Shown here: positions 32,663 to 48,578 of the stretch, in pieces
How the letters are laid out: each line of letters starts with the position of its first letter
Position numbering within the stretch: the first letter of the stretch is position 1
DNA from: the human T2T-CHM13v2.0 reference genome, Homo sapiens
Strand: one strand, 5' to 3'
DNA length: 64,000 nucleotides
Assembly: GCF_009914755.1 (NCBI RefSeq)
Contig: NC_060931.1
The notes under the pieces: model-generated
The model's input: the letters and a program-made list of their open reading frames with translations, nothing else
Told to the model about the DNA's origin: nothing
The model's database searches: none
Position numbers and translations under genes: made by a program

Positions 32663-34112
32663 TCCCAGAGAGGCCTTCTTAATGCCAAGAGTCTGCAGGA
32701 ATATCCAGCTAGATACACCCCATCCCCTTCCCAGGTGCTCTATTTCTGTGCACTGCCCACCTGCCAATCTTGTACAAGCAGCAACTAGAGATTGCCTTAC
32801 TTTTTTTCTCTCTGCTGCTGCAGTCCCTGCAGCTAGGCTGATGGCCCCAGACTCTGGCTCACCCCTGGAGGCGGGCTTGGTACGAAGACCCAACCCCCTT
32901 CCAGCCTGGCTCACCCTTCCCGTCCCTGGTCAACGAAGTCCCACTCCTTACTCTGAGCCTTGCCCTCACAACCTGTTGCCTCCACCCTAATTTTAAAAAA
33001 TGCACACCCCACCTTGACTTAGAGTACCACCCCATCTGGGGCCATCCGTATGCCAGGGGCACTGAACCCTGCCGACCACTCCCTCTTTGAACAGTTTATT
33101 ATACCCTTGGTGACTGTATTCTTTGCTTTTGTTGCTATAACAAGTTACCACAAACTTAGTGGTTTAAAGGATACAACTGTATTATCTTTATTTATAAAGA
33201 AAGGGTGATAATGTGAGCTATGGGGAATGGCTGTAAATACAGATGAAGCTTTGCTTGCTCACTGGCCCAGTTCCTAACAGGCTACATACTGGTACCTTCC
33301 TTCCTTTCCTTCCTTTCATCCATTCATCCATCCTTCATTTCTTTTTTTTTTTTTTTTTTTTTTTTTTGGAGATGGAGTCTTGCTCTGTCACCCAGGCTAG
33401 AGTGCAGTGGCACGATCTCGGCTCACTGCAACCTCCACCTCCCAGTAGACTGCAAGACCAGTGTTCCCAGGGGGTGGTGAGCCCCAAAACAAAGTAAAAA
33501 AATAGCGCATGTCAGAGCCTCAACAAGGGGACCTCTGGACATGGTTTTGTCCCTCCTGGGTGCAATGAGCAAAAAGAGACAAGTTCATTCTTGCAGGAGA
33601 AATCAACATGGACAAGCAGAGGAAATAAACACGTATTAATTTTTTACTAATCTTCCTTTTCTGATATGTAAATAGTCCCATTTTCCCACATCTTACTTTC
33701 CTAGACCTTCTCCATGAAAGAAAAAAAAATTACTTAAACATAACACAGGGAAGAAAATTACAGAGGATAAGAATGTAAATGGCTATCCCTTACTGAGAAC
33801 TTATCGGGAATTTTGTAGAGCACAGTAAGTGAAATATTAAATATCCCATTTAGTCCCCACAAAGAGCCAGTGAAGTATTTTAAAAATCAAACGAAGAAAG
33901 TATGGCCTTGGAGGTTAAGTAACTCACCATATTCATACCACTGTAAAAGAGGCTGAGCCCAGACTTGAACCAAAGTCTGCCTGACAATGATGTCCATGCA
34001 TCTTGAGATAAGACAGAAGGCAGATGTTAAAGAATAAAGAGCATGAAAAAGCAAACAGGCAATAGCTTCTCTTCTTCCATAAGGCAACACTCACACTTTC
34101 TGGTGTCTTTCA

Positions 34113-34588
<476 letters not shown>

Positions 34589-35470
34589 CATATTTTTGCA
34601 GTCACCCTGTTGTGCTGTCAAATACTAGGTCTTACTCATTCTATCTAACTATATTTTTATACCCATTAACCAACTCACATACCCCCACTACCCTTCCCTT
34701 CCCAGCTTATAACCATCCTTCTACTCTCTAGCTCCATGAGTTCAATTGTTTTATTTTGTTTTGAGATGGAGTGGCATAAGCCACTGTGCCCAGCCAAGTC
34801 CAGTTATCGAATAATTTTTTATTAAGAGCCTACCATGACCAGGGCAATGTCAGGCACTAGAGATACCATGATGAACAGGACAGACATGCTCTCTACTCCA
34901 ATAGCTTAAAATCCATTAATCATTCCATTTCATTGGGGACGCTGGCAACGTAGAAAGTGCTCAGGAGAAGGCAGATGGGAACAAGGTCAATAAACCATAT
35001 GATGAGCTTAGCAAAAAAATACTGGTAATTTCTGCTACTGGGTGATGGGTATGGGCGGAAGGGGTCATATTAGAATTCTTTCTATTTTGAGGTGTTTTGG
35101 AAACTTCCATAAGTCATGTGGAGTTGGCATGCTGAAATGAGGTAAGCATGATGAGTGTTGCCCGAAAGGATACCCCTTAAATTTTTAGCACTTTCCAAAC
35201 CAATGTGGTCACAACCAATGCTAACAGGCGTGGTGTGAAGTAGGCAGGCGAGGTAATAACTATGCTTATTTTATGAATGAGGAAAAGACTAGATTCGACT
35301 CATAGAGGCTTGGAGTTAGAAGGGACTTAAGTCTGCTGTCAGTTTTCCATCCTAATGTTTAACTTGACAATGATCCCACCCAGCACAACACATTACATCA
35401 AAAGTTATAGGAAGGGCCAGGCGCAGTGGCTCACACGCCTGTAATTTCAACACTCTGGGAGGCCTAGGCA

Positions 35471-36950
35471 GCCAAGCGTGGTGGGTGGTGGGGGGGACGA
35501 TGAGGACGGGGGTGGGGGAGCGGGGAGGAGGTTGGTGGAGCGGAGGGGGACGTGGGTGGGCGGGGTGGGCAGTGGTGGTAGCTGGGGCGGGGTGGTGAGC
35601 CCGCGCCTTGGAGGGGCTGGGAAGGCCAGCGTGTTGGGGGAGGCGCCTGGGCCTCTGGGACTGGGCCTGGCTGCGTCAAGGTGGGGCTGACATGAAGTCC
35701 CCTTCATCTGTCCGGGGTGGCCCGTCCTTCTGGGAGAGGATCCCTCACAAGATGACTTCCCAGGTCGCGCTCCGAGGCGGCTCTTTGCGGACCCCACAGA
35801 GATGCCTTCTGGGCTCCTGGGGCCAGCGGGGAGGGGCAGGTGAGGCCCAGAGCTAGGTGAGGCCCAGGGCTGGGTGAGGCCAGGCCCTTCTAGGAATGTT
35901 GGTGCTCCTAGCACCCAGAGGTTTCCAGGGGAGTGGCCCGAGTACGTCCCCGCCTAATTCTGGAGCCGTCCCTCCGGCTGCGCAGTGGAGCGCCGACGTG
36001 ACGGCTGCAGGGAGCCAGGGCGGCCACGCACCGTCTGCAGTCAGGAAGTCCCAGGCGGCGTGCAAGGCGGTTGCGGCGTGCGGGCCGCCGACCTGCGGAG
36101 TGCGCGGGTTGGGCTGGGGGCTGTCCCTGGAGCGCCGGGTGGCCCTGGGTCCCGCACACCCACTTGCTGGCGGGGGGGTGGCGCAGACATAGGCCACCCC
36201 GAGGGTGGTCCCCCCGAGGGCGCTCCTCACGGGTGGTCCAGGCTAGCTCGGACCTGGCAGTGGGGGAGTGGCGCAGAGCTGCGTGGAAAGGCGCGGGGCG
36301 CCTGCGTGGCGAAGGAACTCAGCTGCCTGACACGCCCGCAAGTACCACGGACCTGCTCCGGCCTCGGCCTCTGCGGGCCAAACGCGGAGCGAGGCGTGAA
36401 CGCCGGGCGGGGGCGTGGCGTCCGGTGGGGATGTGTCAGCCGGGGGTGGGGGGGGGGGCGGGGGGGCGTCCTCTCCAGGGGGCGTGGCTCTGTGCTCCGG
36501 TGAAGGCCAGAGGCACTCCCTGGGCTGGGCGGAAGCGCGACTGACCGTGGCCTTGGGCAGGCGGTGGCTGCAACGAGGAGGAGCTGGGGTCGCAGTGGGT
36601 TGCGGCGCCGAGCCCGGACGGAAGCGCCGAGGGGCCGGGGTCGCCAAGGGCTGCTGCGGCCCTTCCCGGAGCCCAGTGCTGGGCACGCAAGGCGCTGGCT
36701 CAGGCGCACCCAGTGGCCGCAGCTGCAGCGGGAGGAGCGCGGCGGCGCGGGGTCCTCGGAGACAGCGTTTGTCCGAGAAGCCTTCCTGGGGCGGTGGGTG
36801 GGAAGTGGGGGCCGGAGCTGCAGCGGGAGGCGTCCTGTCTCCTCAGGTCGGCACCATGCCCCTGCAGCCCTGAGCGGGGCCCTGCTGGGCTGCCTCTGCC
36901 TGGCATTGCTTTTCCTGGGCGGTGCGGACAAGCGCCTGCGTGATAACCAT
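35471..36950. promoter_or_regulatory. CpG island / G-rich leader of the RNASET2 retrocopy
   Basis: Very high GC and dense CpG against an AT-rich, CpG-poor background; GGGCGG boxes; G-run clusters at 35480-35640 and 36441-36467. Confidence 0.85.
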
Positions 36951-37740
36951 GAGTGGAAAAAACTATGGTCCAGCACTGGCCTGAGACAGTATGCGAGACA
37001 GTTGAAAACGACTGTAGAGACCCTCCGGATTACTGGACAATACATGGGACTATGGCCCGATAAAAGTGAAGGATGTAATGGATCGTGGCACTTTAATTTA
37101 GAAGAGATTAAGGATCTTTTGCCGGAAATGAAGGCATAGTGGCCTGATGTAATTCACTCGTTTCCCAATCGTAGCCACTTCCGGAAGCATGAAGAAGCAT
37201 GGGACCTCTGCCGCCCTGGTGGACGCACTCAACTCCCAGAAGTACTTTAGCAGAAGCCGGGAACTCTACAGGGAGCTGGACAGCAACAGTGTGCTCCTAA
37301 AACTGCGGCTAAAACCATCCGTCAATTACTACCAAGTTGCAGATTTTAAAGATGCCCTTGTCAGAGTGTATGGAGTGACACCCAAAATCCAGTGCCTTCC
37401 GCGAAGCCAGGATGGGGAAGTACAGACAATTGGTCAGACAGAACTTTGCCTCACTGAGCAAGGCCAGTAGCTGCAAAACTGCACCGAGCAGTGCAGGTTT
37501 GGGGGGTGGGGGGGTAGTGGCGGGAAAGCAGCCGTCCCCCAAGTAGGAAGTTTGGCTGGCGGATGGGGCTGCCAAGAGCCGGGGTCTGAGGGTATGTGAA
37601 GATGGCCCAGTCTTTTATCCCCCACCTAAAAAAAAACAAGCATTGATGCCCAAGTTTGGGAAATATTCTGTTTTAAAAAGCAAGAGAAATTCACTTTCTG
37701 CAGCTTTCTAAAAAACAACAAAACAAAACAAACACAAAAA
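36856..37740 (+). pseudogene. RNASET2P: RNASET2 (ribonuclease T2) processed pseudogene
   Basis: Intronless; signal peptide ALLGCLCLALL; CAS I YWTIHGLWP and CAS II KHE..KHGT remnants; KIQCLP...QTELCLT; frameshifts near codon 2, ~36964 and ~37047; TAG 37137-37139; natural stop TGA 37644-37646; A-rich tail. Confidence 0.96.
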
Positions 37741-37768
37741 AACTGCAATTACTTTTGCACCAACCTAA
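37736..37768. mobile_element. Right half of a MADE1 mariner MITE
   Basis: aaaaactgcaattacttttgcaccaacctaa is one MADE1 TIR; left half absent. Confidence 0.8.
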
Positions 37769-37769
37769 C

Positions 37770-38443
37770 AGTATATCTGTAGATATGTCAGCTATATTAT
37801 ATATAGCATATAATGTGTATATAACATATACTGTGTATATCATGTATATTATATATAATGTATATATATTATATGTAATGTATATAATACGCACATATAT
37901 AATGTATATGTAATGTGTATGTATTTATATATGAGAGGAGATTTATCATGGGAATTGGCTCACAGGATTATGGAGCCTGAGAAGTTCCACCATCCGCCAC
38001 GTGCAACCTGGAGACCCAGGAAAGCCCCTGGTGTAATTCAGTCTAAGTCTGAAGACCTGAGAATCAGGGGAGCTGATGATGTTAACTCCAGGTTTAAATC
38101 TGAAGGCCTGAGAACTGGGGATGCTGCTGATGTAATAGGACTTACATCCTATTCAAAGGCCCAAGAACCCAGAGCTCTGATGTCTGAGAGCAGAAGATGG
38201 ATGTCTCAGCTCAAGAAGAAAGTTAATTTGCCCTTTCTCTACCTTTTTGTACTGTTCGGGCCCTCAATGGAATGGATGGTGTCCTCCCACATTGGTGAGG
38301 GCCAGCCTTCTTTACTCAGTCTACTGATTCAAATGCTAATCTCTTCCAGAAACATCTTCACAGATGCACCTGGAAATAATGTTTTACCAGCCATCTGGGC
38401 ATCCCTTACCCCAGTCAAGTTGACACATAAAAGTAATCATCAC
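37770..38443 (-). mobile_element. MLT2 (ERVL) LTR with expanded (TA)n tract
   Basis: Ends ccagtcaagttgacacataaaagtaatcatcaca; gaattggctcacaggattatggag motif. Confidence 0.85.
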
Positions 38444-40169
38444 ATTGGTATATGAAGAGGATTAAGTCACTCAGTTTTGAATAGGTTTGTGAGTGCTGAA
38501 CTTTCTTTGTCAAGGCTGATTCGAGTTCATAATGATCTGCTCACTGTGTCCCTGGAGAAGAAGTAACAGGGGAAATGATGCTCATGGACTGTCATGGTCG
38601 TTACTAGAGACTAGATATTTCTTGTATTCTTTATAGGGGTGTGATACAGTGATTGAGGGCATCTCCTGTGGAGTTAGACAGTCTGACATTACTGTTCCAG
38701 CTCTGTCATTTGCTTGCTCTGTGACTGTGGGTCAATTTCTCAACATTCTAAAGTCCTGCTTGCCTCATCTAAAACATATTAATATTTTACTTGAGAATTG
38801 CTGTAAAGTTCTGACAAGATAATGCATGTAACTAGCAAATAGTGAATGTCTGGTCAATAGTATTATCTTAAAGTAGAGACATCTTAGAGACATAAAATTA
38901 TATACACAAGTGCACACATACATGTAATTACATACACATATACACACACATAATTACATACACATATATACGTACACATTTTTACATTAATGACATGGTG
39001 TTTCATAGCCTGTTTTTACTCAATACTATACCATGAATATCTTCCCAGAAAAATGTGTAGCTTTCTACCACTGTTTAAAGAACTGATAGTATGGATTTAC
39101 CCATTGTATGGATTTACCATAGTTTAATTCGTCACAACTGATGGACATTTAGGTTGTTAGACAACTCTGCCTTTTAGCAAGACACAGAGATACGACATAA
39201 CTAAGACTTCAGTTACCTTGACCCATCCACAGCCCTAACTCATCTTATGTTTCTTTCCATTTCCAGCCTCCGACTCATCTCTTTGCCTTCTGAATTCTCA
39301 CTCATTCCTTGCTCTGGTGGTAATCTCCCTTCCTCATGATGTTATTCCTGTAGCAAACACAAGACCCTCCCTGGCATTGACCCATTCAAGACCCTGGTTT
39401 CCCATGGTTCTAGGTCCAGCCAGCATGAGTCCATATGGCCAGCATTTCTATTGGGTTTATCCAAACTTACAAAAAGGAACTGACTGTTAGGAAAGCCACC
39501 GACATTGTTGTAATGGTGGAATCATTCTACATCTCTAAATAAAATGCTACAGAACCTTTAGGGCTAGCAGCCATCTCAGAGGACTTCTGATGCAATCTTT
39601 CTCCTATGGACTACCTCAAAGAGAATAACCCTAAACCCAGATGTGATGATAAAAGGTGAAAAGTGATGTTTTACAAGGCAGAAAAAGAGATAGTGGAATT
39701 TAGAATAGGGGAAACAGGCTAGTCTCTGATTCAGAACCTAGGGCTGCAAAAGCCTTAATTGTTACAGAAAATGGTAATAAAAGGATTTCTTTTCTATGAA
39801 AATATACCTTACCAAGAGGCTGAACTAGAAGTCTTCCAACCTGTCTTCTAGTGATCCCAAATTATCAGAGTTTATGTCTTCTATGAAAGGGGACTGGTAA
39901 TATCAGATTCATAGTGTTACAAAGATTACCTAAAATAATGTACAAGACATTAATAATAATGTCTTTGTAAGAGAGACATTACTACTACTGTTATAAATAT
40001 TCTTAAGAACTATAACCTCAAAGTAGCTTCCAGTATGTTTTCACATTTTGCAGGGGCTCAATATATTAAATCAATAGGCTAAACAACATAAAAGCAGCAA
40101 GTTATTAAGGAAATTACCTAATTCAAAAATTTTTTTCCCTTAGACTACATGACAATTCTAAAATTCCAG

Positions 40170-40635
40170 TTCTATGATTCATAATGGCCAAAAGGTGGAA
40201 ACAACCCGAATGTTCATCAGCTGAAGAATGGATACATGAAATGTGGTCAATTCATGCAATGGAATAGTATTCAGCAGCGAAAAGGAATGAAGCACTGGTA
40301 CATGCTACAACATGAATGACTCATAAAAACACTATGCTGAGTGAAAGAAGCCAATCAGAAAAGACCACGTGCTGTATGACTCCATTCATATTATGTTCAT
40401 AACAAGGAAATCTATTGAGAAAGTAAATTAGTGGTTACTTAGAGCTGGGAAGGATGTGGGAATAGAAAGGTGATAGTGAAAGGGCATGGGGTTTTATAGG
40501 TGATGAAATAGTTCTAAAATTGTGGCTATGGTCGCACAGATCTGTGAACATACTAAACACCATTGAAATGTACAATTTCAATGGATGAATTGTATGGTAT
40601 GTGAATTATATATAAATAAAGCTATTAAAAAATGA
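40170..40635 (+). mobile_element. Old L1 (L1MB/L1MC) 3' end
   Basis: ggaaacaacccgaatgttcatc...gtatgtgaattata...aataaagc. Confidence 0.8.
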
Positions 40636-41317
40636 TTCCCAAGTCAAAGACCCAATTCAGCCAGTTACAAAGTTAAGGCAGAGAGACAACTATTTTAGTT
40701 CACACCCTAAAAAATAAATGGGAGGGAACACCACTCCTGAGGAAGAGTCAACTGCAAAGTAAACAGGGCTCCCAGGGCTATTCCAGCCCTGTGTAAGCCA
40801 ACGGGGTATTAGGCAGCAAGACCACCCATAAAGCCAACTCAGGGTCACCCAACTCCATTTATCAGTGACCTGGGACACAAGCCCATTACTGCCTCACTTG
40901 CTCTCCATCTCTGACGTGTTCTGGCTCTGCCACAGTGCATGGCTCTGACTCTTACTGCATTCGGAAACTGAATGTCTCTGACCAGGTCAGCCAGTGGGTT
41001 CCTAGGAGGTGCTGTCTCTGAAGGGCTGTTGAAATGATATGGGAAGGCTGAGGCAGGAGAAAGTGGCAGGAAAGAGTGTTTTGTGTGCCATCTGTGTGAT
41101 CCAGATTTCTTGTTGCTTTTGCTCTAGTTTCTTGGGTCAGTGAGGGAAAAATCACGTTTCTCACTTTCTTTTACAATGCCTGGGTTTCTCTCTTTGTGAA
41201 ATGAGGTCTATGGAGCCCACAGATTACTGTTCCCTCTTCAGGCCTATTTGTCTTAAAGTTAATGGAAATTTCTCTGAGATCTTTATGATACCACAGGCAT
41301 TTTAGAGGAAAACATAA

Positions 41318-41642
<325 letters not shown>

Positions 41643-41990
41643 CCTCCATTACATTTCTTAATAACAACATTAATGCTCCAAAATCCTCTATAATTATATG
41701 ACGATACTGTTCATTCATTTTTTATTTGCATTTGGACAGGGATTAGAGCACAAATTTGCACACACATTTGATTTTGGCTCTTTAAGATTTGGAATTCAAA
41801 TTTTCCAAACCCAATTTAATATTAATAGAATGCAACCACTTTGCACTTTGTATGTTTCAGAGGGTTTCACAAACATGATTACATGAGATAATGTAGGCAG
41901 AATGAGTGCTTGGGTCCAGAATCAGGACTTTTGGGCACTAGTTCTGGCTCTCCCTGCACCCAGAGGGTGGGACATTGGAAGATCCACTTA

Positions 41991-42365
<375 letters not shown>

Positions 42366-42704
42366 TCACAGAAATTCCTTTCACATCAGATATTTTATGT
42401 CTCTGTGTTTATAACCGATGGTCATGTTGATTTAGCACAGGGAATGAGATAATTAGCCTCAAAGAAAACAAATAAGCAACCATTTGTGAGTGATGAAATC
42501 TTTCTATTTAATGAAGACTTTAATTTTACAAGTTTCCCTCATAAGTCAGAACAGAGCTTTGAGTTTTACTATCATCATTCTGTACTTTCATAAGATTAGA
42601 ATTTCATTCCGCTTGTATGTTTTGCTTTTGATGAAAATAAACTGCTCCTAGTTCACATAGGGTTCCTTGCTAGGGCCCAGGTCACAGCCTTGCTTTATTT
42701 AGAG

Positions 42705-42886
42705 CAGTGGTTCTCCAACTTATCGTGTATAACAGAATTACCTGAAGGGCTTGTTCAAACAGATTGCTGAGCCTTATTCCCGAGTTTCTAATTCAGCAGG
42801 TTGGGGTGGAGCCTGAAAATTTGCATTTCTAATAAGTACGCAGGTGATGCTAAGGCTCTGACCTGAAGACCACACGTTGAGAACTG
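42705..42886. mobile_element. MER5A MITE
   Basis: cagtggttctccaac...atttgcatttctaataag...gttgagaact. Confidence 0.75.
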
Positions 42887-43581
42887 TTGAGTTGGGGGTG
42901 TGTTGGCTTGCTTTGTTTTGCCTCTGTTGCCAGAGAAAATCTGAGTCTTCTGAAACAAGTAGAGAAGAGGAATTAGCTTATGTTGGCCACTTCCTCCTCT
43001 CCTTGTAATTTTCTCTGATTAATTTCTAGTATGATCTCGGGCTCCCTGAGCTGGTTATAGAATTTGCACCACAGGGGCTGAGGCTGGGATGGATGGGCCA
43101 TCTTACTCAAAATAGCCAGGAAGAGAAGGAGCCGCAAGAGTCACAGTAATGAATTTGGGAGTTGTATTTTTTACAACCATGAAAAGCAATGGTGACAAGG
43201 GGAGAAGGCAGGAAAAATCTGCATAGTAGTATGTACTGGTGATGAAAGTTTCTAATGTTGTGGCAGACTTGTTCACCCAGATGAGTGTTCTTTTCTTTTT
43301 CCTGAACACACAGCTGGACTTCTCTCAAAGCTGAATATAGTTATGATTTAATTATTTCCAATGAAATGTGAGTCGAAGTGATTTGTGCTCATCCTAGGCC
43401 AAGACTTTTAAGAGGAGATTTTGTCTCCTTGTTCTCTTTCCTTTCCTCCATCTTCTGGATGGAGACTCAAGGAGCCTGAGTCCTTAAATCACTGCATGGA
43501 GGAGAGCTGCTTCTCTTTCAGCAGCTCTTGAACTCTTACACAAGCTAGAAATATATATCTGCTGTATTTGAGCCATTATAA

Positions 43582-44068
<487 letters not shown>

Positions 44069-44399
44069 TAGGACGTCCCCTTCTCTGATCTAAACCTAGG
44101 TAAAGATTACCTAAGATAATGTCAAGGGGCTTTGGATGGGAGAGTCTCCTTACTACTACTGTTACAATTATTCTTAAAACTATAACCTCAAAGTAGCTTC
44201 GAACATATTTTGCATTTTGCAGGGGATCAATATATTAAATCTACAGGCTAAACAATGTAAAAGTAGCCACTGATTAAGGGAATCTCATTCAGGTCATTCT
44301 GATACAAAGAAAAGGGGACATCCTGGCACTTATGGGGCTTGTGAGTAAAGCCCAAAGAAGTTCACATGAAACCTCTTGAGAAGCCCCCAATATAGGTAT

Positions 44400-45964
<1,565 letters not shown>

Positions 45965-45969
45965 TCCCT

Positions 45970-46254
45970 AGTCAGACGCAGTGGCTCATTCCTGTAATTT
46001 TAGAGCTTTGGGAGGCTGAAGTGAAAGGACTGCTTGAGGCCAGGAGTTGGAGGCCAGCTGGGGAAACACAGCAAGACCCCTGTCCCTCCAAAATAACAAT
46101 AAAAATTAGCCCAGCATGATGGTGTGTGCCTGTAGTCCCAGCTACTTGGGGGGCTGAGGTAGGACGATTGCTACAGCCTTTGAGGCTGTAGTGAGCTATG
46201 ATTGCACTACTGCACTCCAGCCTGGGCAACACAGTGAGACCCTGTCTCAAGAAA
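45970..46254 (+). mobile_element. AluJ-like
   Basis: J-type dimer. Confidence 0.85.
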
Positions 46255-46333
46255 CATGATTCTGGAGCTTCTGCCTTATCCTCCATCCAGGCTGCTGACC
46301 TAGGGGCCCATCTTAGCTCTGCAGAAGGCCCAC

Positions 46334-46848
46334 TGATATAGTTTGGCTCTGTGTCTCCACCCAAATCTCACCATGAATTGTAATAATCCCCATGGGTCAA
46401 GGGCAACACCAGGTGGAGTTAACTGAATCTTGGAGGCTGTTTTCCTGATGCTTCAGCATCCATTCTCTCTCCTGCCACCCTGTGAAGAGGTGCCTTCCGA
46501 CATGATTGTAAGTTTCATTTTTATATACAAAGCATGTCAGAGCACTGACTTTTAGGAGTTCATAATATTGATTTAGCTCTAGGTCAATTAGACAATGTCT
46601 TCCAAAACCATTTCTTTTTTCCCACAAAGAGCAAGTAGTTGGTAAGTTTCCTAGGTCCTTACACGTTCTATAATATTTTGCTTCTACCCTCAACATAAAT
46701 AAAAACTTAGCCAAGTTTAAAATCTGTGGATCTAAACATCTTAGGCCTCCCCAGCCATGCAGAACTGTGAGTCAATTAAACCTCTTTTCTTTATAAATTA
46801 CCCAGTCTCAGGTATGTCTTTATAGCACCATGAGAACAAACTAATACA
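46334..46848 (+). mobile_element. THE1/MST MaLR solo LTR carrying a foreign insert
   Basis: tgatatagtttggctctgtgtc...ctaataca; 5-bp TSD cccac (46329-46333, 46849-46853). Confidence 0.9.
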
Positions 46849-47827
46849 CCCACTTTGCTCTGTCATACCCCTGGGCAGCCCATTTGGCTCTGTACTGCAT
46901 ATCCTTGCTACCCAGGAACCCAGGACAGCTCAGGAGAGCCAAATCTCAGGGTGTTTCCCTGTCTGATACTCTGCAACCAGATTCATGTGACTGCACCCCA
47001 AGATGGTGCTGGGGAAACATGAGAGGCAAGCCTCAGAAGTAGAGTCATAGATGAGAAATGTAGGCTGAGGGTCTCCTTTGCACTCTGTAATACCTTCATT
47101 TATCCATATATCTGCCTCCTGTAGCACCTTCATTTATCCGTATGGCTGCCCTTCTCAGGCTGGAGAGAGGAAAATTGGCACATCTATATTAGAGGGCGAG
47201 ATTTTCCCTTTCCTCTTTCTAGCGATAAGTCTCTTAAATAAAAATCTGCAATCTAAATGACAAAAATAGTTGGCTTGGGTTGTGTTAGGGTAGGGGAGAT
47301 TATGAGATTTAGACAAACATTTCTTCGGAACATACTTCGGATTGCAAGATATTGTCTGATGCAGAATCCCATTATTGAATTTCAGAAGCTGAATTTTACT
47401 TCAGTTTTCCTATGCTTTCTTTTGATAATAAACTCCCTTCAGACTGATAGAGTTTATTACAGGCTGATTAGGGCTGACTAGGATGAGGGAAGTTTACAGA
47501 GAAAAGCAACATGTTACTGTGTTACCTTTAGATTAGAGGACCCTAATATTTATATATTTTATCTAACATGTATGTTATATGTAAATATACAAAATTTAAC
47601 AAGTTATGTATAATGATTATTTCTAGTATATAGTAATAGTAGTATACTGTTTTTTCTTTATATTAGCCAGAAATGTTATTTTTCTAAGTTCACTATAATG
47701 CATATGCATTACTTCTATAATAAAAGCACACTAAGTAATGCTTACAAATGTTGTAAAAGCAAGAAGTTTAGGAACTTACAATTGCCAAAGCAGATAATAC
47801 ATAACAAAATTCAAAATGGCAATAATG

Positions 47828-48578
<751 letters not shown>

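Noticed and set aside
35447-37045. Overlapping ORFs on both strands (up to 272 aa)
   Set aside because: Expected in very GC-rich DNA; only RNASET2-derived parts have recognisable homology
37913-38455. 180-aa ORF
   Set aside because: Antisense reading of an MLT2 LTR
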